From the IMG/VR virus record IMGVR_UViG_3300025413_001239: a stretch of DNA of 64,000 bases; one strand, written 5' to 3'. The translations under genes were made by a program, and so were the position numbers. Origin of the DNA: a virus. Its lineage: Duplodnaviria; Caudoviricetes. The notes beneath the pieces are model-generated. The model was not told the DNA's origin. It did no database searches and was given only the letters and a program-made list of their open reading frames with translations. Positions 9,768 to 19,701 of this stretch are shown here, piece after piece; the stretch's first letter is position 1, and every line of letters begins with the position of its first letter.

Positions 9768-12188
9768 ATGGAAATAATAGCAGGTAAATGGTATAAGAAT
9801 TCTCAATGGACAAGTTCAAATGACTTATGTAAAGCAACAGGTGTTGTAGGTTCTAATGTAATCCATTTTAATGAAAAAATTACTAATGGTAAGTTTAAAA
9901 AGGAAGATAATTTTTGGTGTTATTTATCAACTTGTGTAGAGGCTGAATATGAAGAGTATGGGAAATATTTACCTGATGGCCACCCAGATAAACGTAAAAC
10001 AAGAAAAATTGAGGATATGCCTGTTGAATTAGTTAATTTTCCATCAGAAGGTTATTGTGAAACAACTGATAAAAGACTTGTTAAGTACTTAATTAGTAGA
10101 CCTGAATCAATGGGTGGTAACCCCCTAAAAAGTGATGCGAAGGGTATCGCTTGGAATCCTACCAGTTATTGGTATGTCGTGGGTGTCTCACTTAAATCGG
10201 TCTACACATTAGAACATTTGGAAAAGTTCTTCACTGAAAAGCCTAAACCTATTAATGAATGGGGTTTAAATACCTATTTAGTAATCGTTAAAGAAGGTTA
10301 TTTAGATTATGGTTATAAACTTACCAATAAACCAAAAACTAAAATTGGTCACGTTGGTAGAATTGATTTTTTTCGTAATGATGAATCTGTTACAGGTGTA
10401 AGTGGTATTGAATGGGTATTTGAGAAGGACTTAGCTAAGTGGTTTGCAACCAAAGAAGAAGCTGAGGCATTTGCTAAAACACTTAATAAAGACTCAATGA
10501 ATAATGAATTTAAAAAGGGTGATTATATTGTTACTCTTAATGTAGGTGTTACAACTACTAGTTGTGGTAAAAATGGCTTTTGTTTTAAACAACGTGAGGA
10601 TGCTAACTATATAGAGCCAGTATGTGATTTAAAAAATAGTGACACTAATAGTCATTGGGGGTTAACATTTGATAAATCTAACCATTTAAAAGATTGGCGA
10701 TATGCAACTAAGGATGAGATTCAAATTTATAATGAGTTAAAAAAGCCTTTTGATGTAACTGCGTTGCCTAATGTTGGTAATTATATTACCGTTACACATA
10801 ATGATAATGAAGATGAAAAAATTATATGCAAGTATAATAGGAAATGGGATGCTTTAAGATGCTATGGTCCTATAATTAGTAATTTCGATTCTATTGGTAA
10901 ATTTACGTTTAACAATGATTTAGGTGTTTGTTTTATCGGTGATGATAGAAAGTATAGACCTTCGACTGATGAGGAGATTGCTTGGCTTGATGCTTGTGTT
11001 AAAAATGGTGGTATTGTTGGTGGTATAGTTGATATTATAGAACTTATTGATTTTAAAACATGCGCTGGTAGAATTGTTAAGGCTAAAAAGGACCGTCCGT
11101 ATTCCATACCAATAAAAATTGGTGAATATGGAACATTAGATGATGAATATGGAATTAAATTATCTAATTATAGCGGTACTTTTGGTTTTGTTGAGGACAC
11201 ATTTTATGAGGATTTTGAGGTAATGCCTAAGGGGTTCACGTTACCAGAACCTAAAGAAGAAATTGAGAAGGAACCTGAATATAAGGTTGTTGAATGTAAA
11301 TCACAAGCTGAATGGGACTTTGTATCTAAGAAGTTAGGTTATACATGGAATGAACCAAGATTTGATTATTGTAATGATAATTGCATTAATATTCAACGAA
11401 AATCTCGTAGTAATCTTGCTTTCTATAAAAAAGAAAATAGCTTAATATACTCATTCGATGAATGGTGTAAAAAGTTTAATCATACTTTTGATAAATTTGA
11501 TGGTATTGAGTATGTGGAACTAGATATAGATTTTTGTGGTTATAAAGAAGGTGATATAGCTAAAGTAATTAATACGGATGGTTCTGTATTTGAAATATTT
11601 GCACCAAATAGGAAATCGCAGTCAAGTTTTACTCCAAATGTATTTGCTAGTAGAACTTACTTAAATCCATCAACCAAAGAGGCGTATGATAAGCAACATG
11701 CTACGGTAACACTTGATACATCAGGTAGTATGGTTGGTCTTTATAAAGAAACACCTAAAACAGTTGATTTTAAGGTTGGTGATTGGGTTGTATTTGAAGT
11801 TGATAAATGCTTTGGTGATTTAAGTTATTGCAAGACTGTTGCTTGGGATAGAGATATGGTCCTTCAAATTGAAGGATTTGAAACTCGTGGTGGTAACCCC
11901 AAATTTACAGCTAAACAAATGCAAAATCGTTATCCTCACCATAATTGGGGAAGTTTTGATGGTGTAAATTCCTATGACATAGGCAATACTGTAAGTCTTT
12001 TCAGACACGCTTATTCTTGGGAAATTCCAAGTGAAACAACAAAAGATACAACTTATGAACTTAAACCAATTAGCACAGTTAAGACTTATCAATTGTTTAT
12101 TGAGAAAACACAAGCTAAGCCAGTTGTTGCTGATAAGCCAATTAATTTAATTAAAACAAGAAAGTTACAAATAAATTTGGTGGATTAA
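9768..12188 (+). CDS. Large modular hypothetical protein
   Basis: Recurring modules FK(K/V)GD(Y/W)(I/V)V and R.(A/S)T..EI. Confidence 0.75.
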   Translation: MEIIAGKWYKNSQWTSSNDLCKATGVVGSNVIHFNEKITNGKFKKEDNFWCYLSTCVEAEYEEYGKYLPDGHPDKRKTRKIEDMPVELVNFPSEGYCETTDKRLVKYLISRPESMGGNPLKSDAKGIAWNPTSYWYVVGVSLKSVYTLEHLEKFFTEKPKPINEWGLNTYLVIVKEGYLDYGYKLTNKPKTKIGHVGRIDFFRNDESVTGVSGIEWVFEKDLAKWFATKEEAEAFAKTLNKDSMNNEFKKGDYIVTLNVGVTTTSCGKNGFCFKQREDANYIEPVCDLKNSDTNSHWGLTFDKSNHLKDWRYATKDEIQIYNELKKPFDVTALPNVGNYITVTHNDNEDEKIICKYNRKWDALRCYGPIISNFDSIGKFTFNNDLGVCFIGDDRKYRPSTDEEIAWLDACVKNGGIVGGIVDIIELIDFKTCAGRIVKAKKDRPYSIPIKIGEYGTLDDEYGIKLSNYSGTFGFVEDTFYEDFEVMPKGFTLPEPKEEIEKEPEYKVVECKSQAEWDFVSKKLGYTWNEPRFDYCNDNCINIQRKSRSNLAFYKKENSLIYSFDEWCKKFNHTFDKFDGIEYVELDIDFCGYKEGDIAKVINTDGSVFEIFAPNRKSQSSFTPNVFASRTYLNPSTKEAYDKQHATVTLDTSGSMVGLYKETPKTVDFKVGDWVVFEVDKCFGDLSYCKTVAWDRDMVLQIEGFETRGGNPKFTAKQMQNRYPHHNWGSFDGVNSYDIGNTVSLFRHAYSWEIPSETTKDTTYELKPISTVKTYQLFIEKTQAKPVVADKPINLIKTRKLQINLVD

Positions 12189-12219
12189 TAAACATCACAT
12201 ATATTTGCATCATAAATAA

Positions 12220-12566
12220 ATGGTTATGGTTGATTACAAAATTAAAGGAACGAAAATACCCAAATTAAGCGGTGTCGATGTTAGATTATCTCATTGGGGT
12301 GAATCATCAACAAATACTCGAAATCATGAATCATCATCATCTCTTGTTTCATACGGTTCAAAAGTTTTTAATGGTGAAGTATGGATAATTTGCGATTTAC
12401 CAAAAAGCACTGATAGTTACCATTATATGTTTAAATTGGTAGATATTGAAAAGCTGCTGCGGAATCAAGTAATAGTCCTGAATCAACCGTTTCCCAACCA
12501 CAAAATGGTGATGGTCCAATCAAATTAATTAAAACAAAAGTTCTTAAAATAAATTTGGTAGATTAA
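12220..12566 (+). pseudogene. Probably frameshifted gene sharing its C-terminus with the 9768 protein
   Basis: Adding one A at ~12450 gives ...PIKLIKTKVLKINLVD*, matching PINLIKTRKLQINLVD*. Confidence 0.5.
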
Positions 12567-12630
12567 AAAATATCACGTATATTTGCATCATAATAACAAG
12601 GATAATTTTTAAACAAAAAAAACAAGTAAA

Positions 12631-13080
12631 ATGGCAGACGCTAAAAGTAAAAAAGTAACCGTTAAGGGTGAAGTAAGTGAAGAAGTAGTTAAAGTGAATC
12701 CTTTCTTGGAGTCAGCGTTGGAAAACGTGAACAAGACTGAGGCAGATGTTTTGACCGAAAAAGTCACATTGTTCTTGGAAGAAGCGGCAATCGAAACCGA
12801 AATGCAAATTGCTGAGCGTACCACTGGTGCTATCCCAAGAAAGGAATTGGAGTTAAGAACCGCTACTCGCAACCTTGATAAGGCTGAGGTGGCTCTTGAA
12901 AAAGCTAAAGTTGCTGTTCCAAGCAACAGTAAATTGGAAACGTATTTGTCAAATTTGTATTCGGCTGAAAATGCTGTAAGACATGCAAAGGTAACCGTTG
13001 AGGCTATCGAAGGTCAAATCACTGACTTGAATAAAGAAGTGGTTAAGCTTGAAGAAATCCTTGCACGTTTCAAAGCGTAA
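12631..13080 (+). CDS. Coiled-coil protein
   Basis: Heptad-rich E/K/A sequence with its own promoter and terminator. Confidence 0.75.
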   Translation: MADAKSKKVTVKGEVSEEVVKVNPFLESALENVNKTEADVLTEKVTLFLEEAAIETEMQIAERTTGAIPRKELELRTATRNLDKAEVALEKAKVAVPSNSKLETYLSNLYSAENAVRHAKVTVEAIEGQITDLNKEVVKLEEILARFKA

Positions 13081-13095
13081 TTTTAGTCTAAGATG

Positions 13096-13129
13096 AAAAA
13101 CCCCAACAAAATAAATTGTTGGGGTTTTT
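13096..13129 (+). terminator. Intrinsic terminator
   Basis: AAAACCCCAAC...GTTGGGGTTTTT. Confidence 0.8.
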
Positions 13130-13174
13130 GTTTTTATCAGAATTTATCTGTATATTTGCAATAAAATAACTTAT

Positions 13175-13429
13175 ATGAAAGTATTATTAACAACTTTATT
13201 ATTAACATTAGCTTCTTGTGCTTGTACAATAAAAAAACCAGCACCAGTTGAATTTGAAAAAAAGACTTTCATTGCAGATTCCGTGGTGTATCACGACTTA
13301 CAAACGGACAACATTGCTCAGGTGGACCCTTACACTCGAGTTCACTTAAAAGGAACCGATGTTTGGTTACAAATAAATGGTTTTGTTTGTGAAGGGCAAG
13401 AAGTTCAAGTTTTTGTCGCTAAAAAATAA
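13175..13429 (+). CDS. Putative lipoprotein
   Basis: Signal peptide with LASC lipobox. Confidence 0.6.
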   Translation: MKVLLTTLLLTLASCACTIKKPAPVEFEKKTFIADSVVYHDLQTDNIAQVDPYTRVHLKGTDVWLQINGFVCEGQEVQVFVAKK

Positions 13430-13434
13430 ACACT

Positions 13435-13728
13435 ATGAGTTTTATACTTTTTGAATCATTTAGTGGTGTTGAACATAAGATTAATACCAATCAGATTACA
13501 CACCTTAAGATTCATCCTAATGAAGATAAGTGCATATTAACAGGTGTTAATCATCAGGATGCTAGAACGTTACCTAATTTTGAAATACGCTTAGCGTGTG
13601 GCAAAGTCATAGATAGAAATACACTAATCGGAGCCGCATCACCTAGCTTCATAAGGTTACAAGAATCTCAATACAGAACTGTAAGATTTGAAATTGAGGA
13701 ATTAATAAGAAAATTAAAAGACTTATAA
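13435..13728 (+). CDS. Hypothetical protein
   Basis: ORF in operon. Confidence 0.6.
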   Translation: MSFILFESFSGVEHKINTNQITHLKIHPNEDKCILTGVNHQDARTLPNFEIRLACGKVIDRNTLIGAASPSFIRLQESQYRTVRFEIEELIRKLKDL

Positions 13729-13730
13729 GT

Positions 13731-14168
13731 ATGTCAATAACAACAGCATTTAAGAATGCTTTTATAAAAGCCAAACAACGAAATTGGCCTGAGATTTATA
13801 TCGGTGTGGACATTCATGATACCATGATTAAATCCAATTATAAGCATGGTGAAATACCAACTGAGTTTTACCCTTACGCTATCGAATGCTTACAAGCACT
13901 CTCAAAACGTAAAGACATCAAGCTTATGCTTTATACATGCAGCCACCAACATGAGATTGAACAATACATGGAACTCTTTAAATCCCATGATATACACTTC
14001 AATTTTGTTAACGAAAACACCGATGTTAAAACAGACTTGGGTGGTTATGGCAACTACGATAAAAAACCCTATTTTAACGTTCTACTGGATGATAAAAGCG
14101 GTTTCGATGGTGAACGAGATTGGCTGGACATTAAGATACTCTTAGATATTATTAACCCATTAACATAA
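13731..14168 (+). CDS. HAD-superfamily phosphatase-like protein
   Basis: IGVDIHDTM (motif I variant), LYTC, LLDDK motifs. Confidence 0.7.
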   Translation: MSITTAFKNAFIKAKQRNWPEIYIGVDIHDTMIKSNYKHGEIPTEFYPYAIECLQALSKRKDIKLMLYTCSHQHEIEQYMELFKSHDIHFNFVNENTDVKTDLGGYGNYDKKPYFNVLLDDKSGFDGERDWLDIKILLDIINPLT

Positions 14169-14208
14169 TCCAATGTACAAATCAAGATAAAATTAACGAA
14201 TTTTACTT

Positions 14209-14373
14209 ATGAATCAAAGAAACGATAAAGGCTTAAGAGAAGGTTATTGGGAAGTTTATTATCCAAATGGCAAATTGGGATGGTTTGGCACATATAAAAA
14301 TGGTATTTTTATTGGGTATTATGAAGATTACAACAAAGATGGAATCATGATTAATAAAGATTTTTTCTTATGA
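14209..14373 (+). CDS. MORN-like micro-protein 1 (54 aa)
   Basis: MNQRNDKGLREGYWEVYYPNGKL...KDFFL. Confidence 0.75.
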   Translation: MNQRNDKGLREGYWEVYYPNGKLGWFGTYKNGIFIGYYEDYNKDGIMINKDFFL

Positions 14374-14588
14374 GTAATATAGTTTATAAAGAATACTTCC
14401 ATGAGAATGGTAAGATTTGGCAACGTGGTTATAAGAAAGAACATAGAAGAATAGGTCACTGGGAATGTTTTTACAATAATGGCAACTTGAAATGGTTTGC
14501 CACATTTGATAAGAATCACAATTTAGTTGGATATAGTGAAGATTACGATGAGGATGGTAAATTATGACTTAAAGAATTTTACTTATGA
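14370..14588 (+). CDS. MORN-like micro-protein 2; in-frame TGA at 14565 precedes LKEFYL
   Basis: EYFHENGK...GHWECFYNNGNL. Confidence 0.65.
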
Positions 14589-14821
14589 ATCAATATAACT
14601 TAAACAGAAAAAGACATGGTCCATGGGAACAATACTACGAGAATGGTCAACTCTGGTATAAAGGTGAATTCATTGACGGAAAAAGACATGGTCCATGGGA
14701 ACGTCACATAAATGATGGTAATTTATTGGCTAAAGGTGAATATATTAATGATAATTACATCGGATTCTGGATATGGCATAATATTACAAATCAAGATAAA
14801 ATTAATGAATTTTACTTATGA
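14585..14821 (+). CDS. MORN-like micro-protein 3
   Basis: HGPWEQYYENGQLWYKGEF...EFYL. Confidence 0.8.
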   Translation: MNQYNLNRKRHGPWEQYYENGQLWYKGEFIDGKRHGPWERHINDGNLLAKGEYINDNYIGFWIWHNITNQDKINEFYL

Positions 14822-15060
14822 ATAAACTTAATGAAAACGGTGAAAGACATGGACTTTGGGAAAAATACCATACAAATGGTAAACATCATTATAAGGGCGA
14901 ATATATAAACGGTAAAAGAAACGGACTTTGGACATTTTATTGGTGGAATAATACCCCAAGTTATACTGGCTTCTTTAAAGATAATGCATTTATTGGTTAT
15001 TTTGTATTTCATTATAATTTTGCTGGTTTATTAATAAACTCTAAGAGTTTTTATCTTTAA
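14818..15060 (+). CDS. MORN-like micro-protein 4
   Basis: HGLWEKYHTNGKHHYKGEY...FYL. Confidence 0.8.
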   Translation: MNKLNENGERHGLWEKYHTNGKHHYKGEYINGKRNGLWTFYWWNNTPSYTGFFKDNAFIGYFVFHYNFAGLLINSKSFYL

Positions 15061-15107
15061 CATTTGTTAGTTTCAATTTATTAACGTATATTTGCAAAAA
15101 AAACACA

Positions 15108-15410
15108 ATGACAAAAGTACCTAAAGCGTATATTAACGCAAATTACACATTGGCAGTAAAGCCAACTGAAGAACAACTATTGGAATATTATAAGGATTTC
15201 GGCCACGATACTATAGAAAGTATCCTAGAAGAACAAGGTTCTTGGGAAGAAGTAATCCGTCAATGGTTCGTTAACACAATCTTCAATCAAGACTATAAAG
15301 ACTATCAAACAGCCAATAATATCTTCCAATATGAAGATGATGGTGAATCAATTGAAGTTGATATAGTTGATGATGATAAATGGGTAAGTGATGAAGATTA
15401 TATTTACTAA
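15108..15410 (+). CDS. Acidic hypothetical protein with its own promoter
   Basis: Promoter at ~15064-15095; D/E-rich. Confidence 0.7.
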   Translation: MTKVPKAYINANYTLAVKPTEEQLLEYYKDFGHDTIESILEEQGSWEEVIRQWFVNTIFNQDYKDYQTANNIFQYEDDGESIEVDIVDDDKWVSDEDYIY

Positions 15411-15420
15411 AAATTAAGTC

Positions 15421-15612
15421 ATGGAAAAAATATATCATTTAAGAATACTCGATGGAAGCAGTCGAGGTTATACAATCTCTGTTACCAGTGACAGAGTGGA
15501 TAGTTATCAAGCTAATTACCATTTCTATAATATAGTTGATGGGTATAAAGTTGATGTGGCCTTTTATCCAAGTGGTCGTACAATAATTGAAAGAATTGAA
15601 GATGGAGAATAA
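15421..15612 (+). CDS. Hypothetical protein
   Basis: ORF in operon. Confidence 0.55.
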   Translation: MEKIYHLRILDGSSRGYTISVTSDRVDSYQANYHFYNIVDGYKVDVAFYPSGRTIIERIEDGE

Positions 15613-15916
15613 AGAACTTTGTGGTTCGTGTGGTGTAAAAATGGCTCAATGGTGCTACCTATCAGGTTATGGGAACGGTGAAAGCCCTTACTCTTGTGAT
15701 GATTGTGTTACATCAGTAGACTACGATGGTTGTTCATGTAACTGGCACTACTTACAATACGAACAACCAGAAGGTATAGAAGGTAAAGACTTTAGATTCA
15801 TACTTAGTGAGGGTATAACAAAAGAAGATGGAATCTGGATTCGTTTAGATGAACAAGGAAGACCCTACCCTTGTGCTGAATACTGCTTCGATGAAGAAGG
15901 CTTCGATAAAGATTAA
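15602..15916 (+). CDS. Cys-rich hypothetical protein
   Basis: CGSC, CDDC and GRPYPCAEY motifs. Confidence 0.65.
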   Translation: MENKELCGSCGVKMAQWCYLSGYGNGESPYSCDDCVTSVDYDGCSCNWHYLQYEQPEGIEGKDFRFILSEGITKEDGIWIRLDEQGRPYPCAEYCFDEEGFDKD

Positions 15917-15920
15917 AAAT

Positions 15921-16154
15921 ATGAATCAGTATAACTCCGAGGGGCAACAACATGGTTATTGGGAATATTACTCATATGTTAAACTATCATCCAAAGTTGA
16001 ATACGTTAATGGTAAAATTCATGGTTTATTTGAGCGGTATTTCAGTAATGGTCAATTACATATTAAGGGAGACGTGTTTAATGATATACGAATTGGCTTC
16101 TGGAAACAATATAACTGTAATGGTGGGTTAGAAGTAACTGAATTTATACTATGA
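15921..16154 (+). CDS. MORN-like micro-protein 5
   Basis: MNQYNSEGQQHGYWEY...TEFIL. Confidence 0.8.
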   Translation: MNQYNSEGQQHGYWEYYSYVKLSSKVEYVNGKIHGLFERYFSNGQLHIKGDVFNDIRIGFWKQYNCNGGLEVTEFIL

Positions 16155-16459
16155 ATCAACTTAATAAAAACGGCGTTAAGCATGGGCCTTGGATTGAATA
16201 CTGGGTTAACGGTGTAATGGATTATTCATGCGAATTTATAAATGGTCGTAAGCATGGTTTATATATCGGTAATCATCCTAATGGTAATCTACAATCTAAA
16301 ATTATGTATGATATGGGCCACAGAGATGGAAAACAAGAAACATTTTACGAAAATGGTAAACTAGGACATTCTGGAAATTTTAAACGTGGTAAACGATTCG
16401 GTTATCATATCATAAATAATGAAGATGGTAGTTTATTCATTAATTATTTTTACTTATGA
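16151..16459 (+). CDS. MORN-like micro-protein 6
   Basis: HGPWIEY...FYENGKL...YFYL. Confidence 0.8.
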   Translation: MNQLNKNGVKHGPWIEYWVNGVMDYSCEFINGRKHGLYIGNHPNGNLQSKIMYDMGHRDGKQETFYENGKLGHSGNFKRGKRFGYHIINNEDGSLFINYFYL

Positions 16460-16692
16460 ATAAAAGAAATGAAAATTGTGAACCTCATGGACCTTGGGAA
16501 AAATACTACGAGGACAATATATTGAAAGCTAAAGGCTTATATGTAAATGGTAAAGCTCATGGTCAATGGGAATTTTATTGGGGTAATGGTAACTTTCAAT
16601 GGCAAGGCACTTATAAAATGAGTGAATTAGTAGGCTTCTGGATAGGGTATACTTATGAAGGTGATTTGGCTTCAAAAGAATTTTTTTTATGA
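16456..16692 (+). CDS. MORN-like micro-protein 7
   Basis: HGPWEKYY...HGQWEFYWGNGN...KEFFL. Confidence 0.8.
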   Translation: MNKRNENCEPHGPWEKYYEDNILKAKGLYVNGKAHGQWEFYWGNGNFQWQGTYKMSELVGFWIGYTYEGDLASKEFFL

Positions 16693-16771
16693 ATCAAATT
16701 TGCTTATATCAAATACCTTTCGTATATTTGCTGCCTATACTCTAGTATAGGCATTTTTAATTTAACATATT

Positions 16772-17062
16772 ATGAAAATAACAAAATTACTATTTGAAAA
16801 AAATTATAATGGTGAATACACTTGGTTGCCATTAGCAGATATACCAAAGGAGTTCTTGGTGCCTGAAAACATGATAATGGTTCATATTGAACATGGCTAC
16901 CATGATAGTAATGGTTGGAATGAAGGTCATACAAGAATTCAAATCGCTGAGGAAAGAGAGATGAATGAAAAGGAAAGAGAAGAACTGAGAACGTTTATCG
17001 CACAAAAAAAAGCTGAACGTAAAAAAGAAAGGTACGAACAGTATTTAGAACTTAAAAAATAA
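16772..17062 (+). CDS. Hypothetical protein with its own promoter
   Basis: Promoter at 16698-16729. Confidence 0.65.
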   Translation: MKITKLLFEKNYNGEYTWLPLADIPKEFLVPENMIMVHIEHGYHDSNGWNEGHTRIQIAEEREMNEKEREELRTFIAQKKAERKKERYEQYLELKK

Positions 17063-17067
17063 ATAAA

Positions 17068-17469
17068 ATGGAAAAAGAATTTATCCCTTACGAAGAAGCA
17101 TTAGCATTAAAAGAATTAGGTTTTGATGAACCTTGTTTTGGGTTTTTTAAAACTAATAAAGAATTTGAACAATACCATACCTTTTATAAAGGTAAATTCT
17201 TTGGATGTACAAATAAAATATTATCTAGAATGTTAGATGGTGAAAACGTCAATTCTAAAGTTTTATCACCAACATTCTCACAAGCATTCAGATGGTTTAG
17301 AGATAACCATAATTTACATGGTCAAGTAAATATTCGTACTTGGTTTATATATGAAACGTCTAATGGTAATTTAACCATGGTAGATTTATATGATAAGCTC
17401 AATAACTCTCACGAAGAATCCGAACTGGTATGTCTTAAAGGATTAATTCAAATAGTAAAAAATAAATAA
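17068..17469 (+). CDS. Conserved phage hypothetical protein
   Basis: MEKEFIPYEEALALKELGFDEPC...PTFSQAFRWFR pattern. Confidence 0.7.
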   Translation: MEKEFIPYEEALALKELGFDEPCFGFFKTNKEFEQYHTFYKGKFFGCTNKILSRMLDGENVNSKVLSPTFSQAFRWFRDNHNLHGQVNIRTWFIYETSNGNLTMVDLYDKLNNSHEESELVCLKGLIQIVKNK

Positions 17470-17534
17470 TGTTTGGAATAATAAACTAACTGGTAGCGAT
17501 AAAACATGGTGGAAAATAGTTAAACAGGCAAAAG

Positions 17535-17690
17535 ATGAATAAGATACTTAATGGCTTAAGAGAATGACCTTGGGAAATGTATAACCACATTGGTGGATTA
17601 TCCTACAAAGGAACTTATCTACAAAGTCAAAAGATTGGTTATTGGTATTTTGATTGGTTTGGTAAACGCAAAACAGAGTTTTACTTATGA
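17535..17690 (+). pseudogene. MORN-like micro-protein 8 with a nonsense codon (TGA at 17565 where paralogs have Gly)
   Basis: MNKILNGLRE*PWEMY...GYW...TEFYL. Confidence 0.65.
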
Positions 17691-17857
17691 ATAAGGTAAT
17701 TAAAGGTTTAAAAGAAGGGCTTTGGGAACAATATTTTTCTGATGGTAGCTTATATTACAGGGGAAGTTATTTGCACGACAAAATGGTTGGTTACTGGGTC
17801 GTTAATTATTTAGTCCGTTTTAAGCATCGTAAACAAGAAACTGAATTTTACTTATGA
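17687..17857 (+). CDS. MORN-like micro-protein 9 (56 aa)
   Basis: GLKEGLWEQYFSDGSLYYRG...TEFYL. Confidence 0.75.
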   Translation: MNKVIKGLKEGLWEQYFSDGSLYYRGSYLHDKMVGYWVVNYLVRFKHRKQETEFYL

Positions 17858-18087
17858 ATCAATTTAACGCTAGAGGTAGCAAACATGGTCATTGGAAAAG
17901 TAATATTGGCGATACGTATATCCATGATGGTTCTTATCTTAATGGCAAAAAACATGGCCCTTGGAAATCAACCTTCGCATTTTCCGATAAGTTAAGCTGG
18001 ACTGGTTTCTATAAAATGGATATGCAAGTCGGATTCTGGAAAAAGTATCAAAAAGGTAAATTATATAAAACTCTATTTTATATATGA
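17854..18087 (+). CDS. MORN-like micro-protein 10
   Basis: HGHW...NGKKHGPW...LFYI. Confidence 0.8.
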   Translation: MNQFNARGSKHGHWKSNIGDTYIHDGSYLNGKKHGPWKSTFAFSDKLSWTGFYKMDMQVGFWKKYQKGKLYKTLFYI

Positions 18088-18404
18088 ATCAATTTAACGA
18101 GAAAGGGGAAAAGCACGGCTATTGGGAACGAAAAATTGGTGGAGTATTCACCCATAAGGGTTCCTATGTTAATGGTAAACAACATGGCTTATGGTTATCA
18201 GCATCTTGGGAAGAATATCATACTAATGGTAAATTACATTATAGAGGACAATACAAAAATGGAAAATACATTGGTAGATGGATATACTATTTTTCTAACG
18301 GCAAGTTAGCTTTTCTGGGTCATTACTTAAATGGTAATTACATAGGCTTCTGGATAGTTAATGATGATGATGGTCAATTAAAATATAAAGCATTTTATCT
18401 ATGA
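18084..18404 (+). CDS. MORN-like micro-protein 11 (apparently chimeric)
   Basis: Shares a DNA block with protein 12 and a module with protein 4. Confidence 0.8.
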   Translation: MNQFNEKGEKHGYWERKIGGVFTHKGSYVNGKQHGLWLSASWEEYHTNGKLHYRGQYKNGKYIGRWIYYFSNGKLAFLGHYLNGNYIGFWIVNDDDGQLKYKAFYL

Positions 18405-18637
18405 ATCAAAGAAACGATAAAGGCTTAAGAGAAGGTTATTGGGAAGATAAACATGGTGATATGGTAATTTATAAGGGTTCCTATGTTAATGGTCAAAAAC
18501 ATGGCTTATGGTTATCAGCATCTCCAACTTCTAATCGGTTAAATTGGGCAGGTTATTTTGATATGGATACCAACGTGGGGTTCTGGTGTTGGTATCTTAA
18601 AGGTGAATTAAAAACAACACTAGAATTCTTTTTATGA
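18401..18637 (+). CDS. MORN-like micro-protein 12
   Basis: First 46 nt identical to protein 1. Confidence 0.8.
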   Translation: MNQRNDKGLREGYWEDKHGDMVIYKGSYVNGQKHGLWLSASPTSNRLNWAGYFDMDTNVGFWCWYLKGELKTTLEFFL

Positions 18638-19268
18638 TTAAGCAAAAACTACATGAATTTGATAATAATTGGTATAGAGGACAATGTATAAATAATATAC
18701 CTGTTGGATTTTGGTTATTTAAGACTAATACAATTTTTGGTAAACATAATAAGATTTTTTACTTATGATATATTATGATAAAATGGACAGAATTAGTGAA
18801 TTATCTAATTATCTTCTCTACGGTTTCAATTTTACTGGCCGTTACATTAACGGATTTAAAATCGGATTTAAAATCGGATTTTGGGCCATAATTGATTATT
18901 CAACCGAATTAACGCATAAAGAATTTTACTTATGAAAATACATCATCATGAAACAACATGGTCTAAAGGCACACTTATTGATGGTGCGCAAATTGGTTAT
19001 TGGGAATACTATCACCACGTTAATCGTGGCAATTTAAAATCAATTAATAAAGTATTTCTTTTATGAAAGAACACTACAAATCAAATTGGGCAAAGGGTAC
19101 ATTTATTAATGGTGATTTTCATGGCTATTGGGAATTTTATCAGTATGGTAATTCTAAAATACTAAGCAATAAAATCACAATTAAAACATTCTTCATATGA
19201 AAGAATACGTAAATCAAACTTGGTATAATAGAGGTGGTAACTTAAAACGAGCTGAATTTTATTTATGA
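18634..19268 (+). CDS. Five coupled minimal MORN-like ORFs 13-17 (18634-18768, 18765-18935, 18932-19066, 19063-19200, 19197-19268; 23-56 aa)
   Basis: Four have G...G(F/Y)W; all end F(Y/L/F)(L/I) with ATGA overlaps; below the ORF-track cut-off. Confidence 0.65.
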
Positions 19269-19489
19269 ACGACAAAAATACAACCGAATTAATTGAAAGG
19301 TATTATCAAAACGGACAACTTAGTATCAGAGTTACATTAGTAAACGGCAAAAGGACTGGTGCTTGTGAATCATATTTCCAAAATGGTAAATTGGAATTTA
19401 AAGGACCATGCCTAAATAACGAACCCATCGGATTCTGGCTGGATTATCATTATAGCGGTAAATTAAATACAACAGAATTTTACTTATGA
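19265..19489 (+). CDS. MORN-like micro-protein 18
   Basis: YYQNGQL...YFQNGKL...TEFYL. Confidence 0.8.
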   Translation: MNDKNTTELIERYYQNGQLSIRVTLVNGKRTGACESYFQNGKLEFKGPCLNNEPIGFWLDYHYSGKLNTTEFYL

Positions 19490-19701
19490 ACGAATATATA
19501 CTTGAAATAAATTATTATAATAACGGAAAAATACGTTTTAAGTCATCTTATACGGATAATCGAAATAAGACTACAACCGAATGGTATTTCGAAAACGGTC
19601 AGTTAGACTTGATGTGTCATTACTTAAATTATCAACAAATAGGATTCGCTAAATCCTATTATCAATATGGTGGTTTACATACAACAGAATTTTACTTATG
19701 A
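19486..19701 (+). CDS. MORN-like micro-protein 19
   Basis: YYNNGKI...YFENGQL...TEFYL. Confidence 0.8.
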   Translation: MNEYILEINYYNNGKIRFKSSYTDNRNKTTTEWYFENGQLDLMCHYLNYQQIGFAKSYYQYGGLHTTEFYL

